A stretch of 64,000 nt of DNA from Lingula anatina (GCA_051362555.1 CM120640.1:34305967-34369966); one strand, 5' to 3'. Counted from the stretch's first letter, positions 11,701-23,562 are shown. Numbers and translations: made by a program. Notes: generated from the letters alone by a model not told the origin.

Positions 11701-14700
11701 GAACAAAAACAAGATGTTCACCATTCTAAATCATACATTTCCGAAATTTGAGGCCAGTTTCTGGATTTTTCAAGGGCCTGTAATTTTATGTAATTCTTTT
11801 AAATATACAGTTAGCCATACATTTCTGAAAGTCGAGGCCAGTTTCCAGATTTTTCAAGGACTTGTAATTTTATATAACTCTTTTAAATATCCAGTTAACC
11901 AAAAAATGGAGGTAATAGAGTTACCTGATATAGAAAAGGAGTACAGATTGGTACATGCTAGACTGAAGTTACTGCAGAAAGGAGATGACCCAGCATTAGC
12001 AGCAGGTAAAGGAAATATTTTGCATATAAAACTACCTGAATTTTGTTGAATTAGCAGTAGTTGAGTGGCAGCAAGTAAACAACAACAACAAAAGTTCAAG
12101 ATACAAATTGTATATTATATTATATTATATTATAGGTATGTTTTTGAAGTAGCCACCTGCAGTAAGGCATTGTGCTAGAAAAGCTTTCATGTTTGATGAA
12201 GTTTATATATCTTATAATCTTACTCACAAACTACCACCTTACTAGTATATCGTTTTGCCACTACACAACAGTATTGTATCCTTAAATGTTTGTAACTTGA
12301 ATGTAGGTAAAGTGGGGGTCAGTCTATTACACATAGGCTCTATTCAATAAAGTCTTTTTGTAAAATAATGCTATCCTGTGGTCTGTAAAATAGTAATTTT
12401 ATCATGTTTATGATAAATAACATGTTATAGAGCTTTAAAAGTGTCCATTTTTCTTTTTCATGACTGACTTCTGTCCAAGTTATTTGTAGATATTTGTATA
12501 ATATATCTTTGTATTGTAGGACCCTCTTTGTCTGCCTCAGAGACAGTTGGACTGCTTGTCAGTGCAGGCTTGTTTGATGACGCTGTCAATGTGTGCAAGC
12601 TGTTTAAGATGTCTCTAACTCAAGTGTTTGAAGGGCTGGCTTTAAGGTGAGACTGCTTCATATCATGCTTTTATATATTGTTGCTTTAATGATAAAAAGA
12701 ATGTGGAAAAAATTTCATTTGATAATTCACTTTATATTTTTTGTTTGCTTCACAAATTTTATTGTAGTTTTCTTTTCAGTAATTTGCTGTGAATGTAAAA
12801 ATTGTTCCTCATCTTTTTGTTATCATTTTGTAATTTTTTATATGCTTCATGCTTTTTCCTTGTGGTTTTGTTATGTTATGATAAGAAATGAATAAAGTTT
12901 AATGAATAAACAATTATAAATAACTGGGATGAAATACCTTTCACTGTTTAAACAGGTGTATCAATCTGTCACAACATAATTATCAAAAAGATATGGATTT
13001 TACCACTGAAACCTGGGGCTGGCTGGCTGCCAATGACACGGGCAATGTGAATTCTGGCAAAGAAACAAGGTAAAAGTTTGTTTTTGTCTGCCTCCCTGCT
13101 TAAGAATGTGCTATTTTATAATAGTTTATAATGTAGACTTTTAACATATCTTCATTTTGATACATTTAAAGTATTTCTGCTGTCTTATAATTCAAAAATT
13201 AAACGAAACTTACCTGTAAGTTGATGTTTGATTGTAATTCTATGAGACTATTATAGGTGAGGAGATGAAATGAGAATGCACAGTGGGCATGCGCGTTAGG
13301 TTTTGAAGAATTTTTGCGTGATTTCTTCAGAAGTTTAATATCAAACTTCATTTCCCTAGATGATAATCTGCATCAGTATTATCATAAGTTATGTAATTAG
13401 GGAGGGTGGGACAGGCATTTCTGAAAAACCACGGTCTCTAAAGGACTTCCTGATAACTTGCCTGCAATCAAGGTACTTTGATTGGATAGAGGATGAACTT
13501 TCTCTGAAAACTGCAGCAGCAAAGTTTCTTCCACCGGTGGTAAAATCGAAGGAGCTTTCACCAGCATTTGCATCAACATTGGCCACCATATTTGTGTTGC
13601 CGACAGTGGTACCATCATAACAGCTCTTGCTTTGTCTGTTTTTATTCTCTGCAGACACCTTGTCATAAGGCTGAAAGGAGGAAAAACATCAAAGTTCAAA
13701 ATTTTTCCAAATTAAACTGAAAGCATCAATAAATGTGGCATCAGGATCTGGTGTCATAGAGCAAAATTGTTCTACTTTCTTGTTTATTCTTGTTGCAAAT
13801 AAGTCAACTCTAGGTAGACCATAATGTTCACATATCTTGGTGAATATAACATTTTGTAATTCCCACTCAGTGTTATCCTTAAATCTCCGTGAAGGCTCAT
13901 CTGCTTCATTCTGGATACCTGGTATACAGGGTTACTACTTAATATGGAATATTTTTTATCATTGTCATTTTTGAGTGCTGATTAAAATTTTTTTGGCTTG
14001 ATTCATCAAAAAAGTATGTCATTGAGTGATAAAGATATCCAGTCTTCCATTTTAAGATATTTTGGCAATAATATCAAAGCTGACGTAAGATGTTATACAA
14101 AAGAAAAGAACACCCCCAGAAAACCATATCAACAGTTTGATGTCAGTATTAATTTTAATCTAAGATATTAAAGAAAACGGTAGCCTCCGGACAGTGATAT
14201 GTTACACAGTCAAAGAACTCGTTATAGTAAATCATGAAAAGTTATCAATAGCGGGTATGACCTCCAGCAGCCGCTTGCAGTGCCCTCATCCTACATGGCC
14301 TGGCCTGTGACAAGTTTTTTTTTAGTTTGGATGGGGATATCATTCCACGCAGGGATATTTGCCTGTCCCAGTTCATCACTATTTACCGGCCGATGACCAT
14401 AGCTATTAATTCTGTGAGTTACTTCAGCCCACAGATTTTCAATTGGGTTAATATATGGGGAGTTTGCAGGCCAGAGCAGTTGCTGAACCCATTGGTTTCG
14501 AAGAAAAACAGTGATTCTGCGAGCTCGATGTGGGGTTGCACAGTCGTCTTGGTACACAAAATTGTTCCTGAAGATGACTCTTAGCATTGTTTGCTATAGA
14601 ATATCTCTGTAGGAACCCTGGTTGAGGTTGCACCGGCATGAAATGCTCCCCAACAGAGACATTACCACCCCCTGCTTGCACCCTACACAGTACAATATCA

Positions 14701-16423
14701 TCGTTTTATGCCTCTCGTACACCCCTCACAGACACGGATTTGACCGTCAACCCTAAAAACATCACCGAAAACGACGTGATTCCAGTGTTTTGGCTGCAAA
14801 CGCGCGTGGTCTCCAGCCCATTGCAGATGTCGCTGTATACGACCTGCTGTTAACATAGGTTTCCCTACTGGTCTTCGTGCAAAATAACCGGCTTGCAGTA
14901 ATCTCTTGTTCGCGAGGGACCTTGAAACAGGCGTTTGAATGACATTCTGTGACTCTTTTCTGAGGACACTGGTTGTCTTTGTACAACCAGCACGGTGCAC
15001 TCTAAGGAGAAGGCGATCCTGTCTTCTTGGTGTAATATGGTAAAAGTTACTGGTCAATTTAATAATTCACTGGCATAATAACTTTATCACTGACCAACTT
15101 AGCTACTTCACTATCACTTCACTCTCAATTTTGTTAAACTTACATTGAGAGAAACTATGTTGCATAGGCAGAGCATTTTCACTAAAATCAAAGTGGCAGT
15201 GTTTCACTGTCAAGAATATTTTTGTCATGCGTAATGGTTTCCCATTGAGAGGAGAAATATTTCAATCTACCTCCAACTTTATAATCTACTAAGGTACTTA
15301 CCCTAATTATTTGGAGTCCTTGTACCAAACTCCCTTTTTTTTTGGATCACTGCCATCTGTTGTCTAACACCCTGAGAACTTTTCAGTATACCTGCCTTGC
15401 TGTTTTTCATCAGACTTAGCTTGCCAGTATGAAAAGTCTTGTTTTTACTGGGTCTTTGAATTTTATTCCCTATTATGACTGAGTATTCCAACTCTCTAGC
15501 TGTTTTAGAAACATCGTCTCCAAACAGTTCAGTGGCGAATGGTACAGCAGGATTACATAAATGACTGTACTCCTTCTTGATGACAGGTTTAATGCAACTC
15601 CTGATCATACATATCTGTTGATTACAGTGCCCAAAGAGAGCCAATGCATCTTTGCATAAATCCAATACACTATTAGCTTCCACTTGAATGTCATGCTCTG
15701 ACTCCAAGCCTTGTTGAAAGCTAGAAAAATCAAGTTCGGCTGTCTTACTTGTTGCTTGAGCAATAAGTTTGGAGCCTTTCACCAGAGACATGCCTACTAT
15801 CTGGAGCATTTTTTCCGTGTGCCTGATTTGCGGTGTGCATAACTGCCAAATCAACTTATTGCAATGGACTGAGGTAAGCGCATGACAATTCTCTGGTCTT
15901 GAAATGCTCTCAGTCATCTTCTCAAACCGAGTCTCCTCCAATCCCTGGCAAAACAAAACATTTATATTTGCTGCCAGTGTTTTCTCCAAGGGAGGGCCTA
16001 CGGCGTCATCTCCTTTAAACTGCTTTAAATTTGCTTAGAGGATCAATCTCATTCTCAAGAGGTCGCTTGGCATTAGAACACCAACTGTCGTTGTCGAAGT
16101 TATAGTCAAAAGACGTGCTGTTCACAGTTTCCTCAATATCCGCTATCCTAGAGGATAACACGTCCAATTTGACATCGTTAGATGTCAGTTTTTCATTCAG
16201 ACTTTGCAAGTATTCTAGAATCTTAGATTCTTGGTTAGTTGTGGTTTTCGCAGCAACACTAGTGGTCTTTACAACAGCACTGGTTGATTTCTTACTATTT
16301 CTAGCCACTTGTTTCTCTTTAGAGTCTTTTTCCGCTGTCTCATTTTTCTCCGACATGTTGGAAAAAACATGCATTGTCAAAAAAGACAAAATACACCAAA
16401 ATGTATTGACAAAAAATGTCAAA

Positions 16424-16454
<31 letters not shown>

Positions 16455-18324
16455 AGAAATTTCTTGTTAACCACGCGGTTCCCGCCTCGTGCTACTGACG
16501 GGCATGCGCACTGTGCATTCTCATTTCATGACAAACCAATATAATTGTTCAATATAGAATCCCAGTCTGATCTGATTCTGTTATGAGAGCATTTTTTCTG
16601 AACTTAATGCATAAACAGTTTAGTGCTTCTTTTTCAATTGTTGTTTGTATTTCAGTGCTGCTGATCAAGCATGGAAACTTCTCCAGACATATTTAGCCAA
16701 GCATGAAGACGGCTCGTCCAGATATCACCGCTGTGTGGCCATCAAGCTCCTTGGCCATGGTTACAATCTACCAGACTGGATGCTGGTGTCCTATAAGGTG
16801 AGTGTCATCATTTTCTTACATGGGTTTTACACAATTTTCAAAATCTTTTCTTTCCAATAGTATTGACTTGTATGAAATTAATTTATTGATTAATCATTAT
16901 ATAAAAAATTGAATTAAAAAAAAATAAAGAAATAGTTTAATAATAAATAAAGAAGTGAAAAAATATCATTGACAACATTTATGAAAAAAATTAACTTTTT
17001 GATCTTTATGGAAAAATCAGGGACTAAATGCAACATAATAATTTTCACCATTTCTTCTGATTTAAACTTTATTATTTTTTTTATATTAAATTTTTAAAAA
17101 ATTTTCATACTTGCAAATTTCTAGGTGGTGAATGCTCCAGAACTTATACGTTTATATATTGATTATGACTTACTTGAAGAGGCAACCTACTTGGCTATGG
17201 ACTACATAGATGCAGTCATGGGTAAAGGAAAGGAATATTTTGGGTTAAAGGTATGTCACATTGAAGAAATCAAAAGTTGGGGAGTTATTTAAGTGACTGT
17301 TGCAGTGTTTTGTTTGTCTTGTGCTTTATACTTTGCGTTGTCTGGTCTTGGATTGAGTGGTGTCCTCTTATGGAGGTGGATGATTGGTGTCCAGTTGAAT
17401 GGAATATGTCACCATATATAGGTATGGTTTGGACACGCCCGGTATTTTACAGTAAGGGAATATGTGGAGGCAAGATTGTTATTACGTACTTTTTAGTTAT
17501 TTAACGTGTTTCATTGTAAATTCTTCATTATATTATTTGTATTAAGTTGAAATTTTGATATTTATGTTTATTCTTTTACTGTCATTTGTTTCACTTATAA
17601 TTTGGGTTCACTGTCATCATCTAGTCTCTAGACATGCGTGTAAATAAATGTATTCCTCCATTGAATATTTGTGTTGTCGTTCACTAAAGTGTCCATCTCT
17701 CTATTTAGCCGTACCCTACCAACTGGGTTGTTTTAATGTAGCACCTAATTGGAGACTTTTCAAAGTTTTGTATTGAAAAGATAAGTACATATGATGTAAA
17801 GCTATACATTAAATGAGCATGTTTTGATTTGTTATAAATTTCACAACAAATTTTGTATAAAAAAGTTGCACTTTCAGACCTCCCTCAATGTGACTTCCCC
17901 CAGTGTCTGGTTGCCATATACAAGTATAGATCAGCTTCTTCATGCACTGAGAGAGGTACATACAGACAACACTTATCTTCAGGTGTGTATAGATATACGT
18001 AAATAATGATTTCATATTTACTCTTGATCAACCATTTAGGACAAAATTAAGGACTTCTTTATTTCTGGTAGTAACTTTATTTATTATCAAATTAATAAGT
18101 TACCACCAATTAAAACAGACACACTCTCTTTTTTTATTTACAGCTATTGAGTGATGAGATGAACCATTTTTTAACATGTTTTTATCTATTCTTCCACTTT
18201 ACAGCTTTACCAAGAACTTTCAGAAAAGTTAGATATTTATCACCACAATGTGGAGAGAATTTCTAGAGACAGAATCGATGCTGCAACAAGGAGAGCCAGT
18301 ATGAGATTGAGCAGCTTGCACTGA
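3083..18324 (+). CDS. NUP160: Nuclear pore complex protein Nup160, C-terminal portion (5' exons upstream of the window)
   Basis: 24 phase-compatible exons: 3083-3187, 3501-3566, 4292-4400, 4833-4998, 5241-5383, 5867-6027, 6784-6917, 7450-7523, 7806-7962, 8400-8555, 9215-9347, 9583-9678, 9966-10060, 10299-10395, 10615-10720, 11080-11246, 11542-11602, 11895-12005, 12520-12646, 12956-13069, 16656-16797, 17125-17250, 17878-17982, 18205-18324 (TGA). Peptides WSRFYSCCLQYHE, TRFWLARDLLLLQ, ESNLRQL, FKHHLELGHN, SPKRD, IELPDIEKEY, SAADQAWKLL and VWLPYTSIDQLL match vertebrate NUP160 as I recall it. Confidence 0.92.
3189..3255 (+). repeat. (AAT)n microsatellite starting at a NUP160 splice donor
   Basis: GAG|GTAATAATAAT... 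with about 21 units. Confidence 0.95.
3884..4093 (+). repeat. Dispersed repeat, copy 1 (possible retroelement 3' tail)
   Basis: Shares GCACTTGTTA.TGGTAATGTTTAT, AATGTCTGAGTGTTGGTTTGTGAAAGAGGAGTGAGT, AATAAA and a CA-rich tail with 6175-6660. Confidence 0.7.
4216..4286 (+). repeat. (TTA)n microsatellite directly before a NUP160 acceptor
   Basis: The TTA repeats end at TTTCCAG|CAT (acceptor 4291). Confidence 0.95.
4999..5240 (+). other. GC-AG intron in NUP160
   Basis: Donor GG|GCAAGT gives phase 2, which the acceptor TTTCAG|A-AAT-CAA at 5240 requires. The nearby GT at 5003 is phase 0 and incompatible. Confidence 0.75.
6175..6660 (+). repeat. Dispersed repeat, copy 2 (longer copy)
   Basis: Same blocks as 3884-4093 in the same orientation, with extra internal sequence. 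Confidence 0.65.
7963..8399 (+). other. U12-type (minor spliceosome) GT-AG intron in NUP160
   Basis: Donor GTATCCTT at 7963. Branch-site-like TTCCTTAAG at 8380-8388 lies about 11 nt before the AG at 8398-8399, with no long pyrimidine tract. Splicing restores QLLWP. Confidence 0.9.
8912..9150 (+). repeat. Diverged two-copy intronic tandem duplication, period about 116 bp
   Basis: TTTATGATTTATTTCAGTATT...AAACAATTTTGAAAATTTC...AGTTTGTGAA...GTAAGGTGAATT occurs twice. Confidence 0.8.
13397..13924 (-). pseudogene. DIRS pol C-terminus: RNase H end plus DNA adenine methyltransferase-like domain
   Basis: PGIQNEADEPSRRFKDNTEWEL...VDLFATRINKKVEQFCSMTPDPDATFIDAFS...FPPFSLMTRCLQRIKTDKARAVMMVP...WWPML. 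Confidence 0.8.
13927..15060 (-). mobile_element. Tc1/mariner transposon remnant, 5'-truncated and frameshifted, nested in the DIRS
   Basis: Frames give ARRPVGKPMLT...RHLQWA...WNHVVFGD and FVYQDDCATPHRAR...WPANSPYINPIENLW, the Tc1 DDE signature in degenerate form. TA|CAGGG at 13925-13931 looks like one terminus. The other terminus was not found. Confidence 0.85.
15303..16356 (-). pseudogene. DIRS gag-like ORF1, frameshifted near 16015
   Basis: MSEKNE... has a coiled-coil-like segment. A second frame carries RPENC...CNKLIW and LFGDDV, motifs typical of DIRS ORF1. Confidence 0.7.
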
Positions 18325-18970
18325 TCTTTGATTCTGAAATCATTTCCTGGGTTCAGGAAATTTGAGTTCCTTATCTTCATTTTGAACGGATAAAAGACTT
18401 GATTGTCATTTTCTACATGTACATAAAACTGTATCAAGTTACCAAAAGTCACCAAAACAACTTCCAGGTATTTGTGTCTGTAGTACCATCTCATCTGTAC
18501 TGCATTTATTTCCTTGAAATTTATGAAAATTAAAACAATATTGATAATAGTGTACAAATCATGTTTGTAAAAATGTCAATAGATATATTTTACCCACCAC
18601 TTAGGTAGGGCTTTTTCAAATAAATAATTAAATAAATTTTTTGTAATCAAATGAACCTTCATTTTTTTTTATACAAAAGTATTATATTAAGTCAAGTGAC
18701 TTCATTAAATAGGATTAAAATTAATGGTAAATTACATGCAGCTTACTCCAAGCCATTATACAAATGTTTCTCACATATTGCATGTAAAAGCCATTCAACA
18801 GGCAAAGAAATGGTAACCATGCTTTTAACAGATGATAAAACAATGATATTTGGTAATACTATAGTGACAAACATTCTCCCTGTTTATCAAGTCTGCATCA
18901 GTAAATAACTGAACACAGGCAAAACAGTGGACTGTCCTCAAACAAACTGCGGTGTAAAATGCCTCAATGC

Positions 18971-21900
18971 TCAATAAGGGCTATATTTCCTCAAGAAGTC
19001 CTGAAAATAAAAGTAAGGTCTGATCAATGTATGTACCAAGCAGAATTGGGGGCACTGGTGGAATATTGCTCCTCTTTAACAGTTATACTACATAAACAGT
19101 CACCAAGTCAGTTCCTTAGAAATTTGATTAAACCTAATTTTCATGTAAATTATTACATACAAGTTTTCAGTTATGAATCATATTTTAAGTAAAATTTTGA
19201 TAGCAAACAAAATATATATATACTATATATAGTATTACCTTATCATACTCGGAGCCAATAACCTCCCTTAGGTGAATTATATACTGAGCTGCAAACTCAA
19301 ACACTGTGGCTTTGTCAGTCTTGTCACTCAAACCAGGCACAAGTTGACGTAAAGCATGACAGGCTTCAGATATCCTTGCTCTGAAAAAGATGTTTGAATT
19401 TTTAACAAGAATCCATCTGACCTTTTAGGGCATAAGGTTTTAAATGGACCTTCAGAAAGTTGGAAATATTGCACAAATGGAAATTACTTTATAAAAAAGA
19501 TGACTTCCCAACACCCCTAAGGCCATCACGACCCACCACATTTCAGTAACAACTTGAGATGTTAAGTATATGCTACTGCTTACACCCATGTATTTTGGAG
19601 GTGATAACCTACATATCCGTAAGCAATTTCCAGTCTATTTTTCATTATAGTCTAATTTTCTCACAATCAACACAAAGTGAAAAATTATTTCAAGACCATA
19701 AAAGGAAAAATAAAAGTTGTCCCAAAATAATGGAATAAATAGCAACTTAAAACCCCATTTTATCAACGTGCTTTGTTTGTGTGTGGCATCGCCTAGTGAT
19801 AAAGTACATATCGAAGTTCCTGATAAAAAATCTGAGCCTGCAATAACTGGAGGGCTTTGACTTTTAAATTCCAGTCTTGTGAAAATATGTGGAATTTTTT
19901 TATCTCATTATGATGAAGAAATACAATTTAAAAAAATACAAAACAACATTAAAACATGACCTAATGATAAAATACCTTCTCTTTCTCTCTTTTGCATTGT
20001 GATCTCCTCTGCTGTCTCTTTCATTAGACCAAGTGTAAAACTCCTGATCCATTGGCCCTGGCAGAATGTTTTGATAACGAAGTTTGAAATCAGACGTGGG
20101 AGTGTTGGGTGGAACAACGGGGAAGTCTGGGGAGGCACCAATGTTGTTCCTTATGCTTCCATTCTTGTCAACCATGGTACTGTGCATGGGAGTAACTGAA
20201 CTTGTACTTTGGGATTCACTTCCTAGGTCACTGTGCATCTAATTTGGAAATTGAGAATGAAACAATGAACTGATATATTATGTACTGATCAAGAGACTGG
20301 CCAATAACCGACTAAGACATACTCTTAATTTAAAATATTTTTGACAGTTTTAATTGATCATTTGGACAAAAACATTAATCTTAAGTAAAAAAAAAAATAA
20401 ATATTCATAATATTTGTACCTGATCAGCAAATTTGAGTGCCTGACGCACATTCTGGTAGATATCAGACTTAGTTGGCTGAATCGGTTGAAGTGGCCTTGA
20501 TGGTGGTGGCGGTGGTTGTGGCGGTGGTGGTGGCATAGATGAGGCTGAATACTGGAGACGATATGGCACATGAACATAGGAATATGGCCCAGCCATCATT
20601 TGTGGAACCTTCAGAGGTTTGGGCCCTTTGCTTGTTAACTCTACTGGGCGTGGGGTACCAACATATTTAGTACTGCTGGGTACTGGAGCATACATGCTTT
20701 GAACAGGAGATGGTTTAAGTACTGGTGGCTGGAAAGCTGAAAACCGTCAAATTGGCAAGTTATTTTTTAAAAAATCAATTAAAAGATTGCATTTATATAA
20801 GTGCTGGTGGCTAGAAAGCTGAAAACCATTATATTGGTGAGTTATTTTAAAAATCAATTAAAAGATTGCATTTATCCATTAATGAATTATTTGTAAAATT
20901 AGTTCCATTATATACGTATATATATTAATCTATAAAGTACTTCCTTCTTTTTTGTTTTAGTTCTCAATCTATACCTTTCAAATTTGTGTCTCCAGGAGTA
21001 CCAGTAAGTGGCTGTGATTGGATACATGGCTTCAATCTACTTGTCATAGTGCTTGTTGTTGAGCTGTAGAAATTTGTAGCAGGCAAGCTATATTCCCCAT
21101 TGACACTCTGGTTGCAAGAACTGGTATATGCAGGAAAACCAGTATGGTTGGACTGTATCAAGTGCCCAAGGTTGCTCAAGATATTCCTGTAAGTTGATTT
21201 TTTAAAAAAATTTACATGGTGTAGCAATTGTTAAAATACAAATAATGCACGTAAAAGTAAAATAAAATCTACATAATTCAAATTTTTGTAATGTTGTATT
21301 TTCAAAAGATCAAGTTTCAGTTGCATTCCAACTACTTCATAAATTTAGCAATAGAAATAGTGCTGAAAATCTGAACATCTAATTAGTTGATTTAAATCAA
21401 GTAAACTATTTACTCATTTATGTAAATATTCATTTTTCCCTTTTATGAGACCACTTACCAAGCTTCTTCTGCGGTAGATGCTGATGGCATTTCATTGTTG
21501 TTTTCATCAATAGCGGAAAGTGGAGTTGGTCTGAGAACATGCTGATGCAAATCGGATAACTGTTGTTGCTGTTGCTGTTGTATTGAATTATGAGTATTCA
21601 TTTGGTTTGACATTGCATTTGTTGTCTCTGTAATTTGCTGCTCAGATATATCACTTTTCTGAGCAATGCTAGTCATAACATGTGTTGCCTCACATTTGCT
21701 TGCAGTTAGTTGTTCAGTAAATCCAAAATCGGGGTTAATGCCAGCCATTATATATGTTGCTCCAGCAGCTTTTTGGGATGAACCTGCATTTTCAGAGAAT
21801 TCATTCTGAGGAGGATTTTCCACAAGAATTCCCGCAGCTAGGGACGCTCTTAGTGAAGCTTGAAACAGAGTAGGGACACTCATAGATGGTACATTTTCAG

Positions 21901-22941
21901 TTGCACGTGGAGAGTCTGATGATTTTCTGTGCTGGGTTGAATCAGCTCCCTCACTTCTGTTATCATCTGGATTTTCTGTTTCAGTTTTTGGAGTTTGAGG
22001 GCTTTCAGTGCTTTGTTGTTCATTAGAATGCTCATCCAAGCTGAAAAGAATCAATCTTTAGACATGATGGATAATTATTTTATAGAATTTAACTGCATTT
22101 CTTTATTGCTGCATCTTCCAAAATTGAGACCATACATCCTGGAATCAATCAAAGATAAATAAAATGAAATATGATTGATTAATTATAAATGCAGATAGAC
22201 TGAGGCAGGTATACTATTTGGTGCATCCCCCCCCCCCCCCCCCTCTCCCCAACACACTCCAAGTAATTTTTTTTTACACTTTTATCTTTTAAAAGTCCAA
22301 TAATTTTTTTCAAATATAGGTAAGATTAACCTTTCAATGGTCCCAAGTCAATTTTTAACATTTTTTAATCGAATTTTAACGAAATTGACCTACCCAAGAC
22401 TGTCGTCTGCTTGTCTTGATTCGGGCGCGTCTTGCGCACTTTGTGTAAGATTTCCGGAATTCTGACTATTTTCATCCGTTTCACTTGTTAAGGAAGGTGA
22501 TGACTGTCTTTTAGGAATATCTTCTGGCTGTTCAAAACCGAAATAAGAAAACCCTGATTCTCCGCTTTGGTCGGGATCCCACACAAAACCCATACTTTGC
22601 GAATGTGCAGGAGTGTTCTCCTTCTCTTCATTGAATTCAGAGGCATCTTCCGAACTGCACAAGCGTGCTTTTTTTGGTGATGGTTCGAGGTGACTAATAT
22701 TTGAAAGGTTTTGATCTCGTCCACTTGTTTCTTTGTTTGCCTCATTAACATTTTCCATCAAATACCTTTTCTTGGGTGAAAAAACGTTCGCGGGCAATGC
22801 CTCCCGATCCCTTGCTCTGTCAATGTGCTGCAAGAGCGATGCCATGCTCCGCGAGTTCCAACCCGAAGAAATATTATCGCAGACATTTTCCAGTTCCCTT
22901 TTCAGTTCGGGAGTACTTATCGAACTTTGTTTTGTTGACAT
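18971..22941 (-). CDS. bHLH transcription factor, TCFL5/SOHLH-like, 697 aa, C-terminal bHLH
   Basis: Seven phase-compatible exons: 22941-22394, 22040-21459, 21186-20975, 20736-20420, 20238-19976, 19380-19239, 19000-18971; total 2094 nt. Spliced C-terminus RGDHNAKERKRRARISEACHALRQLVPGLSDKTDKATVFEFAAQYIIHLREVIGSEYDKDFLRKYSPY*. The N-terminal region is low-complexity (S/Q/P-rich) with SPKKR and SPKKAR motifs. Confidence 0.85.
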
Positions 22942-23086
22942 GTTGGAAACCTCATGAGCGCAAGACGGATACGTGTGCTCACGTTCAAATCAAATGCGCT
23001 GCACTACTAAACGCGCAGACGTGCAACGCTATCAAACGTCATCATTTCAGCTCGATATGTTTTCCCGGGTATGGCATCGTTTACAT

Positions 23087-23099
23087 GTTGCTTAGAAAC
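23087..23099. promoter_or_regulatory. X-box (RFX)-like motif upstream of the bHLH gene
   Basis: GTTGCTTAGAAAC, about 150 bp upstream of the ATG. Motif match only. Confidence 0.3.
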
Positions 23100-23504
23100 G
23101 GCGAAGCAGCACAACCAGTCGCAATGTTCGCGGTGCAGCTGTGACAAGCACAACTAAAGCAACCATGACATAAATATCATGTCACATATCAAATAATAAA
23201 TATCTCGCAAAGCTTTTCTTATCTTTCTCAATTCAGACACAGCCCCCCCCCCAAAAAAAAAAAAAAGAAAAAAAGGCGCAGGCCCAGTCACTCAGAACCA
23301 AGTGATTAATTAGAAAGGGTTAAAAATCTCGAATCCAAGTGAAGGGATTGTTCGAGCAATGATTCGTGACTTTTTTCCAAGGACAATTCGATTTTGATTA
23401 GGGGAAAATTCCAGATAGAATAGCCTCAACGGCTGTATGTAATGTAAATGTGATTGAACATCCTTGCTCTTGATATTTTTGTCCGTCTTATGAATTTCTT
23501 TTTT

Positions 23505-23514
23505 TATTTTTATT

Positions 23515-23557
<43 letters not shown>

Positions 23558-23562
23558 TTTTT
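23505..23562 (+). repeat. (TTTA)n microsatellite
   Basis: Read directly from the sequence. Confidence 0.9.

Larger units (their letters stand above)
13194..16529 (-). mobile_element. Decayed, internally deleted DIRS-type tyrosine-recombinase retrotransposon in a NUP160 intron
   Basis: Inverted repeats ATGAAATGAGAATGCACAGTG at 13265-13285 and its reverse complement at 16509-16529. Terminal extension ATTAAACGAAACTTACC...GTTTGATTGTAATTCTATGAG. Minus-strand gag-like ORF, pol start VGGRLKYFSSQW near 15275, RNase H end PGIQNEADEPSR near 13920, methyltransferase-like VDLFATRIN...DAF...FPPFSL, and the start of a YR-like frame (VIRKSFRDRGFS). Confidence 0.85.

Noticed and set aside
17277-17725. Possible solo LTR in a NUP160 intron (TG start, TATA-like, AATAAA)
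   Set aside because: I found no matching TG...CA ends with a target-site duplication. The composition is distinct, but the call is unsupported.
22733-23144. Plus-strand ORFs of 74 and 122 aa
   Set aside because: They are antisense shadows of the GC-richer first exon and promoter of the bHLH gene.
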